The notes: generated by a model from the letters alone, not told the origin. 64,000 nt of DNA from Bdellovibrionales bacterium (GCA_020850475.1 JADZEO010000146.1:213-64212); one strand, 5' to 3'. Positions 11,216 to 21,131 are shown, counted from the stretch's first letter. Program-made: numbers and translations.

Positions 11216-12924
11216 GCCAGCACGTGAGAGAGAACCTGATCAGGGGCCACTTTCACAATTTCTTTGGTGCGCCGATTGACCACTTCGATGTGGCCTTCTT
11301 TTAAACCACGGGCGCCAATGGTCAGACGCAATGGCATTCCCAATAAATCGGCATCCTTGAACTTGATGCCCGGGCGCTCCTGGCGGTCATCCATCAGGAC
11401 ATCAACGCCATTAGCTGCCAACTCTTCATAGATATTATCGGCCAGAGTCAATACTTCACGGTCCTCGGGATCGAGCTGGCAGATATGAACATGAAATGGC
11501 GCAATTGAGGTTGGCCAGATGATGCCGTCTTTATCGTGATTCTGTTCAATGATGGCTTGGACTGTTCGCGAGATACCGATCCCGTAACAACCCATCTCGA
11601 TCGGCTCGAGTTTGCCTTCGACGCCAAGATAGTTGGCGTTCATGGCCCGAGAATATTTAGAGCCCAAGTAAAAAATATGTCCGACCTCAATACCTCGGTA
11701 AGATTTAAGGGTTCCTTTGCCATCAGGAGCACGGTCGCCTTCGCGCGCCAAGCGCAAGTCGGCCACCTTGGTCACTTGGAAGTCTCGCCCATGATTGACG
11801 TTACGAAGGTGGAAATCATCGACGTTGGCCCCAACAATATAATTACGTAGGTTTTGCACGCCTTGATCCAGGTAGACCGGAATTTTAAGTCCTACCGGCC
11901 CACAAGACCCAGGCCAAGCACCGGCGACTTGGTGAACTTCTTTGTCGGTTAACAGCAACGGCGGATTGGCGAGGCCAAGCAAGTTCTTAATTTTGACCGG
12001 ATTCACTTCGTCACTTCCGCGCAGTAAAACCGCGATGGGTTTGAGATCATCGCCGCCTTCGGCGGTCGCAAAAAACATGGTTTTGACTAATTGCCCTTCT
12101 GGTACGCCGGTTGCCTTCGAGAGATCGGCAATCGTTTTAAGCCCTGGAGTCGAGAACTTTTCCATGGCCTTAAGCTCAGCGGAATTGGCCGGAACTTCTT
12201 GCGCATCAGCGGCCGGACAGACCTCAATATTTGCGGCAAAATCCCCCACGGTGGAAACCAGCAGCTGGTCCTCGCCATTTTCGGCGAGAATCTGAAACTC
12301 ATGGGATAGGCTCCCGCCGATATTGCCCGTGTCGGCCTGAACGACGCGGAACTCAACACCCAAGCGTCGAAAGATTGCCACGTAACACTCGTACATCATT
12401 TGATAGCTTTTTTGCGCAGCCTCGGAGGTGAGATCAAAGCTGTAAGCATCTTTCATGATAAATTCGCGACCTCTCATCAAACCGAAGCGCGGTCTGATTT
12501 CATCGCGAAACTTCGTTTGGATTTGATAGAGCACCACGGGGAGGTCACGATAGCTTTTGACGTCTCGCCGAACAAAATCGGTGATCACTTCTTCGTGAGT
12601 TGCGCCGAGACAAAAGCCGTGGCCATTGCGATTTTTAAACTTTAAAAGGCCATCACCCATTTCGGCCCAACGATTGGTTTCTTCCCATAGTTCTTGGGGA
12701 TGGACCATCGGCATCAGCAGCTCGACGATTCCCCGCTTGTCATGTTCTTCGCGTACAATCTTCTCAAATTTACGGATGGCCCGCAAAGCGAGGGGACCGT
12801 AGGTAAAGATTCCGGGGGCGAGCTTTTTGATGTACCCACCACGAACCATGAGTTTATGACTGGGAATCTCGGCGTCGGCGGGACTCTCTTTGAGCGTGTG
12901 AATAAAGGCGTTGGAAAACTTCAT
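11191..12924 (-). CDS. proS: Proline--tRNA ligase (bacterial type with insertion/editing domain)
   Basis: 577 aa with class II aaRS motifs (FRDEIRPRFGLMRGREFIMKDAYSF; GCYGIGISR). The 3' end overlaps the pyrF start by 25 nt. Confidence 0.97.
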   Translation of the reverse strand: MKFSNAFIHTLKESPADAEIPSHKLMVRGGYIKKLAPGIFTYGPLALRAIRKFEKIVREEHDKRGIVELLMPMVHPQELWEETNRWAEMGDGLLKFKNRNGHGFCLGATHEEVITDFVRRDVKSYRDLPVVLYQIQTKFRDEIRPRFGLMRGREFIMKDAYSFDLTSEAAQKSYQMMYECYVAIFRRLGVEFRVVQADTGNIGGSLSHEFQILAENGEDQLLVSTVGDFAANIEVCPAADAQEVPANSAELKAMEKFSTPGLKTIADLSKATGVPEGQLVKTMFFATAEGGDDLKPIAVLLRGSDEVNPVKIKNLLGLANPPLLLTDKEVHQVAGAWPGSCGPVGLKIPVYLDQGVQNLRNYIVGANVDDFHLRNVNHGRDFQVTKVADLRLAREGDRAPDGKGTLKSYRGIEVGHIFYLGSKYSRAMNANYLGVEGKLEPIEMGCYGIGISRTVQAIIEQNHDKDGIIWPTSIAPFHVHICQLDPEDREVLTLADNIYEELAANGVDVLMDDRQERPGIKFKDADLLGMPLRLTIGARGLKEGHIEVVNRRTKEIVKVAPDQVLSHVLAWLKENGR

Positions 12925-13071
12925 ATCGATCCCTTGTCGTCTTCGTTTTGCGTCAGATTGTCCAGAAGTCTACATGACGAGGGCGGCGCTGAAAAGCCTT
13001 TAGATCTTCTAATGCGAGCCTATTAACAATTATATTACAAAACCAAGATTTGATTGCTAATCTCTGATTCC

Positions 13072-14385
13072 ATGACGTCAAAACAACCGGAGGTCCTTTC
13101 CTCACCTGCCTTTTGCGTTTATCCGTGGACCCAACTCGCCACAACGGTTTCGGGAAAGATCCGGCTTTGTTGTCACTCTTTGCTATTGACGGACCCGCGA
13201 GGCAAGGTGGTTCAAGTTGGTCGCGAGGCTCCCATCGAATCCGCCTGGAATGGCGAGGCGATGAAGGCTGTTCGACGAACCATGCTGAGCGGAACACTTC
13301 CCGGTCCTTGCAGTCGTTGCATACGCCAAGAGAAACAGGGCGTCGTTAGCCGTCGGCTCAACACGCTACGCAGTCGGCCGAGGTGGGCCGAAGATATCGA
13401 GGAGAGAATTCGCGCCACCTCCGCTGACGGCTCTCTTTCGGCTGCTCCTTCCAGTTATGATCTCCGCCTTGGGAATACCTGTAATCTTCGATGCGTCATG
13501 TGCCGACCTCAGTTGTCCACTTCCTGGGTCCAACCAGGAGCGAGCTTGTTGAAGTCAGAAAAAATCCCGACATCGGCTCGACAGCATTTGCAATACCCAG
13601 GGCCGAATGGCCCAAGTGAGCAAAAGTGGTACGCCAATTCTGACCTGGTTACCTACCTGATCGAAAACGCGTCTTCTATTCGACAACTCTATTTTGCAGG
13701 AGGTGAGCCCCTCCTGGCCCAAGAGCATTGGCGTCTCCTCGAGGAGTTGGTCGGCCAGGGCGCGGCCCCCGAGATCGACCTCTCCTACGATACCAATGGG
13801 ACCCAAATCACCCCGGAGACCCTCAAACTGTGGGAAAATTTTCGCTCATTGGATTTGCGTCTTTCAATGGATGGAATCGGTGAAAAGCTCGAATACATTC
13901 GCGAGGGGTCCAGCTTTGCTGGGATGCAAAGACTCATGAATCTCCTCGGCGACTGGCCCTACCCTCGGGCAGAAGTCAGGCTCTTGGTGACCATTCAAAT
14001 TTTCAATGCCCTGGATCTCATCGAAATTCTCGATTGGTATTGGAGTTTTGCTTGGACCCGGGCCCGCCCAAATAACGTGTCGATTGTCTGGAGCTTTCTC
14101 GAATGGCCGAAGTGCTTATCGGTAGGAATATTGCCTCCAGAGGCCAAAGCCATCATCTTGAAGCGAGTGGACGAGGCCCTTGGCAGGATTTCGTCGGCCG
14201 AGAGCGATGAGTTCAAGATGCTCTCGCTGAAGAACCTGGCGGCCAAGCTCAAGTATATTTTTACCCTTTGGGCCGAGGAACCCACGCCCGTAGGGGAGTT
14301 TGTAGGCTACGCTGATGCCTTGGACCACATCAGCGGGCGACGGTGGCGAGAAATCTTTCCCGAATTGAGGAACCTCGTCGAATGA
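13072..14385 (+). CDS. Radical SAM enzyme with N-terminal twitch/SPASM-like auxiliary-cluster domain (paralog 1)
   Basis: The N-terminal Cys pattern FCVYPW..RLCCHS..AWNG..PCSRC precedes the CX3CX2C triad CNLRCVMC and the GGEPLL motif. The track ORF starts at TTG 13054; the first ATG is 13072. Neither has a clear SD. Confidence 0.85.
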   Translation: MTSKQPEVLSSPAFCVYPWTQLATTVSGKIRLCCHSLLLTDPRGKVVQVGREAPIESAWNGEAMKAVRRTMLSGTLPGPCSRCIRQEKQGVVSRRLNTLRSRPRWAEDIEERIRATSADGSLSAAPSSYDLRLGNTCNLRCVMCRPQLSTSWVQPGASLLKSEKIPTSARQHLQYPGPNGPSEQKWYANSDLVTYLIENASSIRQLYFAGGEPLLAQEHWRLLEELVGQGAAPEIDLSYDTNGTQITPETLKLWENFRSLDLRLSMDGIGEKLEYIREGSSFAGMQRLMNLLGDWPYPRAEVRLLVTIQIFNALDLIEILDWYWSFAWTRARPNNVSIVWSFLEWPKCLSVGILPPEAKAIILKRVDEALGRISSAESDEFKMLSLKNLAAKLKYIFTLWAEEPTPVGEFVGYADALDHISGRRWREIFPELRNLVE

Positions 14386-15626
14386 GTGCAACTCGACCGG
14401 ATCATTTTTGTTATATGCCTTGGTCGGCGCTCGCGGTCTTGCCCGACGGCCGAATCACCACCTGCTGTGTGGCCTTTGGGTTTCGCCACGAGTTGGGTGA
14501 TTTGCATCTGGGAGATAATCTTGAAAAGGTGTGGCGCGGAGAAAAGCTGAAAGCCATCCGGAAGCAATTTTTGAACGGCGAGTGGCCTCAAGGCTGTGTG
14601 GGCTGCAAGGCACGTTACGAAAGAAACTTGGCCTCACAAAGGGAACACTACACCCAACTACTGAAAGATTATGCTCTATTGGATTCGGTCAACACCTCCG
14701 ATGAGGCTCCGCCGATTTTTCATTTAGATCTGTCGTTTTCCAATATTTGTAACCTGGCCTGTCGCACCTGCAGTTCCACCTTTAGTAATAAATGGTCGTT
14801 GGTGGAGCAGCATTTGAATACCTTAGGGCTCGTTTTGGGTTCGCAACCCTCAGGCCAAGAGGGCGGGCGAGGGGGAGCGGGCCGCGCTTTGCCAGAGAAT
14901 TCCTTTTCGAAGCTCATCACTCACCCAAGCCTTTTTGCCGACCTGCGATCGCTGACGATAAAAGGGGGGGAGCCACTCCTCAGTAAAGACTTAGAACCCT
15001 TTTTGAACATGCTGGTCACGCGCGGTTATGCTTCCAAAATCAATTTGAATATCACCACTAATGGCACCATTGCGCCCAATCAAAGACTGTTAGGCCTGTT
15101 GAGTGAATTCGCGAGCGTGAGGATCACGGTGAGCGTTGATGGTACCGGGAAACTCTTTGAATACATTCGCGTGGGGAAAAATTTTCCACTGGAAACGGTT
15201 GAGTCGACGATTCGTCTGTTTCAGGAACTCGACAAAGCTCGGCTAATTATTTACCCGACCATTCAGGCTTACAACATTTTTAACCTTGAAGAGCTCTATG
15301 AGTGGAGTCAGAAAATGCGAGTGCCGATTACCTATCGACACATTCTGAACTCCCCCAACTATTTGAGTATTAGGGTCTTGCCAGAACATTTAAGGGCCGT
15401 CGCCCAGAAGAAACTCTCGAGTTTTATGGAGAGGTTAAAGGGGTCGGCAACCCTGGCAGCTGAAATCAACGATCTCATGGCCGCTTTTAACCAAAGACCG
15501 GAGCCTGATCAGTATCGGAATTTCCTTCAGTTTACCAACGCTCTCGACCACTATTACCAGGTTAAACTCGAAGACCTCGTGCCCGAATTCAAAGACCTGC
15601 GACCGCCCTTTGCCGACAAAGAGTAA
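14382..15626 (+). CDS. Radical SAM enzyme with N-terminal twitch/SPASM-like auxiliary-cluster domain (paralog 2)
   Basis: ATG 14382 overlaps the TGA of paralog 1 (ATGA). It has FCYMPW..TTCCVAF..KVWRG..GCVGC, then CNLACRTC, GGEPLL, TNGT and FEYIRVG. It is colinear with paralog 1 over its full length. Confidence 0.85.
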   Translation: MSATRPDHFCYMPWSALAVLPDGRITTCCVAFGFRHELGDLHLGDNLEKVWRGEKLKAIRKQFLNGEWPQGCVGCKARYERNLASQREHYTQLLKDYALLDSVNTSDEAPPIFHLDLSFSNICNLACRTCSSTFSNKWSLVEQHLNTLGLVLGSQPSGQEGGRGGAGRALPENSFSKLITHPSLFADLRSLTIKGGEPLLSKDLEPFLNMLVTRGYASKINLNITTNGTIAPNQRLLGLLSEFASVRITVSVDGTGKLFEYIRVGKNFPLETVESTIRLFQELDKARLIIYPTIQAYNIFNLEELYEWSQKMRVPITYRHILNSPNYLSIRVLPEHLRAVAQKKLSSFMERLKGSATLAAEINDLMAAFNQRPEPDQYRNFLQFTNALDHYYQVKLEDLVPEFKDLRPPFADKE

Positions 15627-15638
15627 ATGGTCGCGGTC

Positions 15639-17000
15639 CTAGATTTCGATTCCGTAAGACTTAATCTTGCGGTGGAGGTAGCTGCGCTCAAGGCCAATCG
15701 CCTCCGCTGTCTTACTGATGTTACCGTTGTATTCGTTGATCTTTTTGAGGAGAAATTCCTTTTCAAACTGGGCCCGCGCCTCACGGAACGTAGGAAGTAA
15801 GCCTTCTTCCCCGGTGGCTGAAGCGTCAATTAACCCTGCAAACCGCAGGTCATGATCTTCGATGAGGTCACCCGGTGTAAGAATATAAAGACGTTCAACA
15901 AAATTGCGAAGCTCGCGGACATTTCCTGGCCACTGATGGCCTTTTAGCCCCGCCATGGCAACTTCAGAGAGGATTTTTCGGCGATACCCGCCTTGTGAGG
16001 CAATTTGGTCACCAAAATGAACTACGAGGCCGGGAATGTCCTCGCGTCGCTCACGCAGCGGCGGAACATGAAAAGGAATGACATTGAGGCGATAAAATAA
16101 GTCTTCACGAAAGCGTCCTTCGCGAATTTCGATTTCCAAATTTTTGTTGGTCGCGGCAATCACTCGAACGTCGACCTCGATGGTGTCCGTGCCGCCGACT
16201 CGTTGAAATTTCTTTTCCTGCAAGATGCGTAAAATCTTAGCTTGAGCATCGAGACTCATGTCGGCGATTTCATCCAAAAATAAAGTCCCGCCGTGAGCGA
16301 GGTCAAAGCGACCCTTCTTGGCGCGATCCGCCCCGGTGAAGGCCCCTTTTTCATAGCCAAACAATTCGCTCTCGATGAGGTCTCGAGGAATGGCCGCACA
16401 GTTGACTTCGATCAAAGGCTTGCCGGCGCGCGCACTCAAGTAATGAATGTTCTGCGCTACCAGCTCTTTGCCCGTACCGTTTTCTCCGGTAATCAACACC
16501 CAAGAATCTGTCGGAGCGACTCGTGCAATCATTTGCTTGAGCATGATCATCGGCTTGGACTCACCAATGATCGCAATATTCTTACGGAGCCGATTAAGCA
16601 GGGCGTTTTTTTCGTCCCGCTCGTTCTCGTAAGACAAAATGTTCTTGATCAAGATCAAAATCTTGTCCATCGACAGGGGCTTCTCGACAAAGTCCCACGC
16701 CCCCAATTTGGTCGCCCGCACGGCTGTTTCAATTGAACCATGTCCCGACATGACGATGAACTGGGTCGAAGGAAATCGCGAGCGAGCGCGCTTGAGAACT
16801 TCGAGACCATCCATTTCTCCGGGCATCCAAATATCCAGCAAAACTACGGCGGGACGAAACTCTTCGATGGCTTGCAGGCCCCGTAGTCCATCCTTCGCGG
16901 TTTGCACCTGGTAGCCTTCGTCAGCCAAAGACGCCGACAAAACCTCACAAATCGCTGTTTCATCATCGACGATCAAAATACGAGAGGGCTTCACCATCAT
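15639..17000 (-). CDS. Sigma-54-dependent two-component response regulator (NtrC/NtrX family)
   Basis: 453 aa. REC domain (ILIVDDE...DIWMPG), AAA+ domain with GENGTGKE and GAFTGA, and a C-terminal Fis-type HTH (NISKTAEAIGLERSYLHRKIK). The start overlaps the kinase stop (ATGA). Confidence 0.9.
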   Translation of the reverse strand: MMVKPSRILIVDDETAICEVLSASLADEGYQVQTAKDGLRGLQAIEEFRPAVVLLDIWMPGEMDGLEVLKRARSRFPSTQFIVMSGHGSIETAVRATKLGAWDFVEKPLSMDKILILIKNILSYENERDEKNALLNRLRKNIAIIGESKPMIMLKQMIARVAPTDSWVLITGENGTGKELVAQNIHYLSARAGKPLIEVNCAAIPRDLIESELFGYEKGAFTGADRAKKGRFDLAHGGTLFLDEIADMSLDAQAKILRILQEKKFQRVGGTDTIEVDVRVIAATNKNLEIEIREGRFREDLFYRLNVIPFHVPPLRERREDIPGLVVHFGDQIASQGGYRRKILSEVAMAGLKGHQWPGNVRELRNFVERLYILTPGDLIEDHDLRFAGLIDASATGEEGLLPTFREARAQFEKEFLLKKINEYNGNISKTAEAIGLERSYLHRKIKSYGIEI

Positions 17001-19264
17001 AGCTCCTTTTCCTCACTGCGAGTAACCATTGCCTTTACCATTGAATGGACCTGATCCACCTCGATGACCGGTAACTCAATGACCATCTTTGTACCCCGCG
17101 GCTGATTTGGCAAGGCGCGGATAAAGCCATTGTGGTCTTCGACCGTCCGTTTAACAATTGCCAGGCCAAGTCCCGTGCCCTGTTCTTTGGTCGTAACGTA
17201 GGGCTCAAAAATCCTTGACCGCAACTGCCGATTGATTCCTTCGCCATTGTCAGCAACTGTCAGCCGGACAATTTTTAACATGGGGTCAAATTCGGTCCTC
17301 ACCTCCACCCGTGGATGCGACAATCGTTCGGTGGCACTGAGGGCATTATCAACCAAATTGGTGACGGCCCGCTTAATCTGGTCGTGATCAAAGCGAAAGC
17401 CAGGCAATTGGGTATCGGCAGTAAAGTGAATCCGCTCACCCTTTTCCGTAGTCTTGTACAAAATGAGCGCATCGTTAATCACTTGATTGAGGTCGCCAGC
17501 CTGAGGATTGGCCTTGGGCAAGCGGGCAAAGTTGCTAAACTCATTGACCAAGTTTTTGAGGTCATCGACTTGCTCAATTATCATGTGAATTGAGTCTCGA
17601 AATGCGGTATCCTGAATCCCTTCGCCAAATTTCTTTTCCAGTCGTTGCGCGGCCAGTTTAATGGGCGTCAAAGGGTTTTTGATTTCGTGAGCAATCCGAC
17701 GGGCCACTTCGGTCCAGGCCGCCGCTCGTTGAGCGCTCAGGATCGGAGTCAAATCATCAAAGACCAACACTTTGCCCAACTCGCGATGTTTGTCGTCCGT
17801 TAGCACGCTCAAAGTCATGCGCAGCGGAACTGAGCGACCGCCCACATTCAGGTGCACTTCCTTTTCAATACTTGCAGCATTGTGCTGCTTCATCGTCCGA
17901 AGGAGATCGTCAAAGATGCCGAAATACTCCTGGCTCAAAACTTCCTTAGCGCGTTTGCCGACAAACTGAACGGAGTCAATTTCCAACAACTCAGCCGCGT
18001 GGCGGTTCATCATCGTGATGACGCCCCGATTATCGACCGATACCACGCCCGTTCTGACGTTTGACAACACGACCTCGATGTATTTGGTGTGCTCGTCCAG
18101 TCTCTCGAGGGTTGCTTGGAGCGTGCGGTTGGCTGCCAGCACCTCTCCTTCGGATGTCTCAAGCTGTCGGGTCATCGAGTTAAAGCTCTCGATCAGTTGA
18201 CCGATTTCGGCCGAACCGGACGAAGTTTCCACTGGACGAAATTCCCCTTTGGCGAGCCGCTTGGTCGCTTCAACCAGTTTCTCTAGAGGGACCGAAAGTT
18301 GGCGGGCTAAATAGAAGCCAAACCAACTGGCGGCCAACAGAATCACCAAGGTCATTAAAACTAAAATAATTAAATAAATCGATTTGATCGGATATTCGAT
18401 CGGATTGAGATCACGAAAGTCCTCATAGGCGCCCATGATGGCGTCCATCTTGGCCAGCAACGACATGGGAATGTAACTCGAAACTATGACGGCGCCGCGC
18501 CCCTTTACCGGCACGATCACTCGCACCAAATTGCCGTCAGCAAAATGGTGGAGCGTACTGCCTTCATGACCTTGAGTGACTGCTTTCTGCAAAAATTCGA
18601 CGGAGGCCCGCGGAATATCCGGAATGGCGTCAGCCCGGGACACATCGATCACTCGCTCGTCGAATAAGGACGGGTAGTATTCGACCGCGTCCAAGTGGTA
18701 GCGCTCCCGCAGGGAACTCAATTTAACTTTGATGGCCCCGTCACTGCCCTGCCGCTTGAGATCATCGGCGATTTGGTGAGCAAAGTGGTAGTTTTTCTTT
18801 TTGGCAGAAAGTACGTAGGCGTTGGTCACTTCAAGAGCACTCTTGAGAACCCCAGAAATCTTCTCGTTAAACCATTTATCGAAACTCGAATTGATATAAA
18901 AAATCGAAATCAAAAACATCAGGAGGGTGGGAATGGTACTGAATGAGACGAAGGCCGCAATGAGCTTGCCCTTGAGAGTGCTGCCCATCATCCCACCCTG
19001 CTTTTCGGCGAACACCTTTACAATGTTGCGGAAGATGAGGAACAACAGGAGCAGCAGGATGATGATGTTAAAATTGACGAGTCCAAAAAAGAAAATGGAA
19101 TGAATAAAGGGAAGCGATTGGCTGTAACCAAAGAGTTGGAACTCGATCCAGGTGAGGACCAAAAATAGCAGGCTCAGCGGAACGAGAGCAAAAATCTCCC
19201 GCTTCCGCTTGCGCCGCTCTTGAATGTCGCCAGACGAGGGCTCATTGCCATCACGCTTCATCAA
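16997..19264 (-). CDS. Sensor histidine kinase, NtrY-like (multi-TM, HAMP, PAS, HisKA, HATPase)
   Basis: 755 aa with N-terminal TM helices, a HAMP-like segment after the last TM, a PAS-like region, the H-box HEIKNPLTPI and the G-box GTGLGLAIVKR. Confidence 0.88.
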   Translation of the reverse strand: MMKRDGNEPSSGDIQERRKRKREIFALVPLSLLFLVLTWIEFQLFGYSQSLPFIHSIFFFGLVNFNIIILLLLLFLIFRNIVKVFAEKQGGMMGSTLKGKLIAAFVSFSTIPTLLMFLISIFYINSSFDKWFNEKISGVLKSALEVTNAYVLSAKKKNYHFAHQIADDLKRQGSDGAIKVKLSSLRERYHLDAVEYYPSLFDERVIDVSRADAIPDIPRASVEFLQKAVTQGHEGSTLHHFADGNLVRVIVPVKGRGAVIVSSYIPMSLLAKMDAIMGAYEDFRDLNPIEYPIKSIYLIILVLMTLVILLAASWFGFYLARQLSVPLEKLVEATKRLAKGEFRPVETSSGSAEIGQLIESFNSMTRQLETSEGEVLAANRTLQATLERLDEHTKYIEVVLSNVRTGVVSVDNRGVITMMNRHAAELLEIDSVQFVGKRAKEVLSQEYFGIFDDLLRTMKQHNAASIEKEVHLNVGGRSVPLRMTLSVLTDDKHRELGKVLVFDDLTPILSAQRAAAWTEVARRIAHEIKNPLTPIKLAAQRLEKKFGEGIQDTAFRDSIHMIIEQVDDLKNLVNEFSNFARLPKANPQAGDLNQVINDALILYKTTEKGERIHFTADTQLPGFRFDHDQIKRAVTNLVDNALSATERLSHPRVEVRTEFDPMLKIVRLTVADNGEGINRQLRSRIFEPYVTTKEQGTGLGLAIVKRTVEDHNGFIRALPNQPRGTKMVIELPVIEVDQVHSMVKAMVTRSEEKEL

Positions 19265-19279
19265 GTCCCATTCTGCGCT

Positions 19280-19519
19280 TTATTGAAAGCGCGAGTACAT
19301 GTCTTTGCCGACCTGAAAGGCCGGACCGCCCTTCTTGATCAACTCGAGACAAATTGCTTTGGCGTCATCCATCTTCAGTTGCTCGCTGTCATTGGAGCCT
19401 AAGCCTGATTGCTGAACAGCCCGCTGAATCAACAGCTTGGCATTATAGGCGCTCACTCGACTGGCGAGTTGATTGTAAAAATCCTGAATGGTGACCCCAG
19501 AGAGGTTTTGGCTGGACAT
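19280..19519 (-). CDS. Hypothetical small protein (79 aa)
   Basis: The ORF is wedged 3 nt after ribH and 15 nt before the kinase gene. No family recognised. It occupies the slot usually held by nusB. Confidence 0.55.
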   Translation of the reverse strand: MSSQNLSGVTIQDFYNQLASRVSAYNAKLLIQRAVQQSGLGSNDSEQLKMDDAKAICLELIKKGGPAFQVGKDMYSRFQ

Positions 19520-19522
19520 GAA

Positions 19523-20017
19523 TTACTCCTTACTTGGACGGAAGTTTTTTTGGTGTTTAATTTTCTTCAACAAATCAATCATTTCAATGACGACTTCAGC
19601 TGCTTCGGCACCCTTGTTGCCCATGTTCCCGCCACTGCGGGCGAGAGCTTGCTCATCGTTTTCCGTCGTCAGGACGCCAAAGGCCACCGGCTTTTTGAAC
19701 TTGAGCTGGAGGTGTGAGCACCCTCTCTCAACTCCGGCACACACCGAATCGTAGTGGCTGGTTTCACCGCGAATGACCGCACCCAGTGCTACCACTCCGT
19801 CACAGCCCGCGTTTAACAGTGCTTGTACCGCCAAGGGAATCTCGAGGGCGCCGGGAACCCGGGTGACCACAAGTTGTTCCGGGCCAAAACCGAGAGAAGA
19901 AAGTTTTGTTAGGGCGCCTTGCTCGAGTCGCTCAGTAATTTCGGGATTAAAGCGAGAGGTCACGATCCCGATGCGCATCCCGCCCACGGAATTCGTCTCA
20001 CCCTGGAGAATTGGCAT
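19523..20017 (-). CDS. ribH: 6,7-dimethyl-8-ribityllumazine synthase
   Basis: 164 aa with lumazine synthase motifs (IVTSRFNPEIT, VPGALEIP, GAVIRGETSHYD). Confidence 0.95.
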   Translation of the reverse strand: MPILQGETNSVGGMRIGIVTSRFNPEITERLEQGALTKLSSLGFGPEQLVVTRVPGALEIPLAVQALLNAGCDGVVALGAVIRGETSHYDSVCAGVERGCSHLQLKFKKPVAFGVLTTENDEQALARSGGNMGNKGAEAAEVVIEMIDLLKKIKHQKNFRPSKE

Positions 20018-21131
20018 CGGACACCTCCAAATGATTCAGCATGGGAGTTACATCACCTGACGCTCCCACCGGCAGAGCGACCGTCTCGACAATTTCAATT
20101 CCATAGCCGGGAAGCCCCACGCGCTTCGAGGGGTGATTCGTTACCAAACGGATTTTCTGCAGGCCCAAGGATCGCAAGATCTGAGCTCCGACTCCGTAGT
20201 CTTTGAAATCCGCTCGCAACTTTCCTGGGCGAGTGCCGAGGTCTTCCATGCGCAGATAAACCAAGACGCCGGCGCCTTGGCGCTCAATCAAATCCATCGC
20301 GGCCCGAAGGTACTCACCACTCGGTGTTTGGGTGCTGCCAAAGACATCTCCCAAAACGTTGGCCGTATGAACCCGAACGAGCACGGCTTGGTCAGGCGAG
20401 AATTGACCCTTGACGAGAGCCAAGTGTTCGCGGCCATCAAGGGCGTTGTGAAAGTGGCGGACCTCAAATCCGTTCCACAGCTTGGAGCGAAAGGGGCCTC
20501 GTCGCTCTTCGACAACGAACATTTCATTTTGAATGCGATACTCAATTAAGCTTTCAATGGTTCCAATCTTCAAACCATGTTCTTGCGCAAAGGCCTTAAG
20601 ATCTGGGAGTCGCGCCATCGAACCATCGGGGTTCATCACCTCGCAAATCACCGCCGCGGGATTCAGTCCCGCGAGTCGAGCTAAGTCCACACTGGCTTCC
20701 GTGTGCCCTGCCCGCTTGAGAACGCCGCCGTTTTGAGCGCGGATGGGGAAAATGTGTCCGGGAGTGACGACGTCCGTTGCCTGGGCTCGGGGGTTTGAAG
20801 CGACTCGCACCGTGTGGGCGCGGTCGGCAGCAGAAATTCCCGTGGTCACGCCACTGGAAGCTTCAATCGACACGGTGAAGGCCGTGCCGTTGGCTGAAGC
20901 ATTGCGATCATCATTCACCATTAGCGGCAAGGCCAAGCGATCCACTTGTGATGAGGTGAGCGACAAACAGATCAGCCCCCTCGCGTGAGTGGCCATGAAA
21001 TTGATCTTCGGAGGACTGACATGATCGGCTGCGAGGATCAGATCACCTTCGTTTTCACGATCTTCGTCGTCGATCAGGATGACCATTTTCCCGTTGCGCA
21101 AGTCTTCGAGAAGCTCAGCAATGGTATTCAT
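19998..21131 (-). CDS. ribB: 3,4-dihydroxy-2-butanone-4-phosphate synthase fused to a degenerate GTP cyclohydrolase II-like domain (RibBX-type)
   Basis: The N-terminal DHBPS domain is intact (DDEDRENEGDL, HTEA). The C-terminal domain aligns to RibA, but the Zn-binding Cys triad is replaced (VHTANVLGDVFGSTQTPSG versus E. coli [19 protein letters not shown]) and an internal segment is missing. Confidence 0.9.
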   Translation of the reverse strand: MNTIAELLEDLRNGKMVILIDDEDRENEGDLILAADHVSPPKINFMATHARGLICLSLTSSQVDRLALPLMVNDDRNASANGTAFTVSIEASSGVTTGISAADRAHTVRVASNPRAQATDVVTPGHIFPIRAQNGGVLKRAGHTEASVDLARLAGLNPAAVICEVMNPDGSMARLPDLKAFAQEHGLKIGTIESLIEYRIQNEMFVVEERRGPFRSKLWNGFEVRHFHNALDGREHLALVKGQFSPDQAVLVRVHTANVLGDVFGSTQTPSGEYLRAAMDLIERQGAGVLVYLRMEDLGTRPGKLRADFKDYGVGAQILRSLGLQKIRLVTNHPSKRVGLPGYGIEIVETVALPVGASGDVTPMLNHLEVSDANSPG

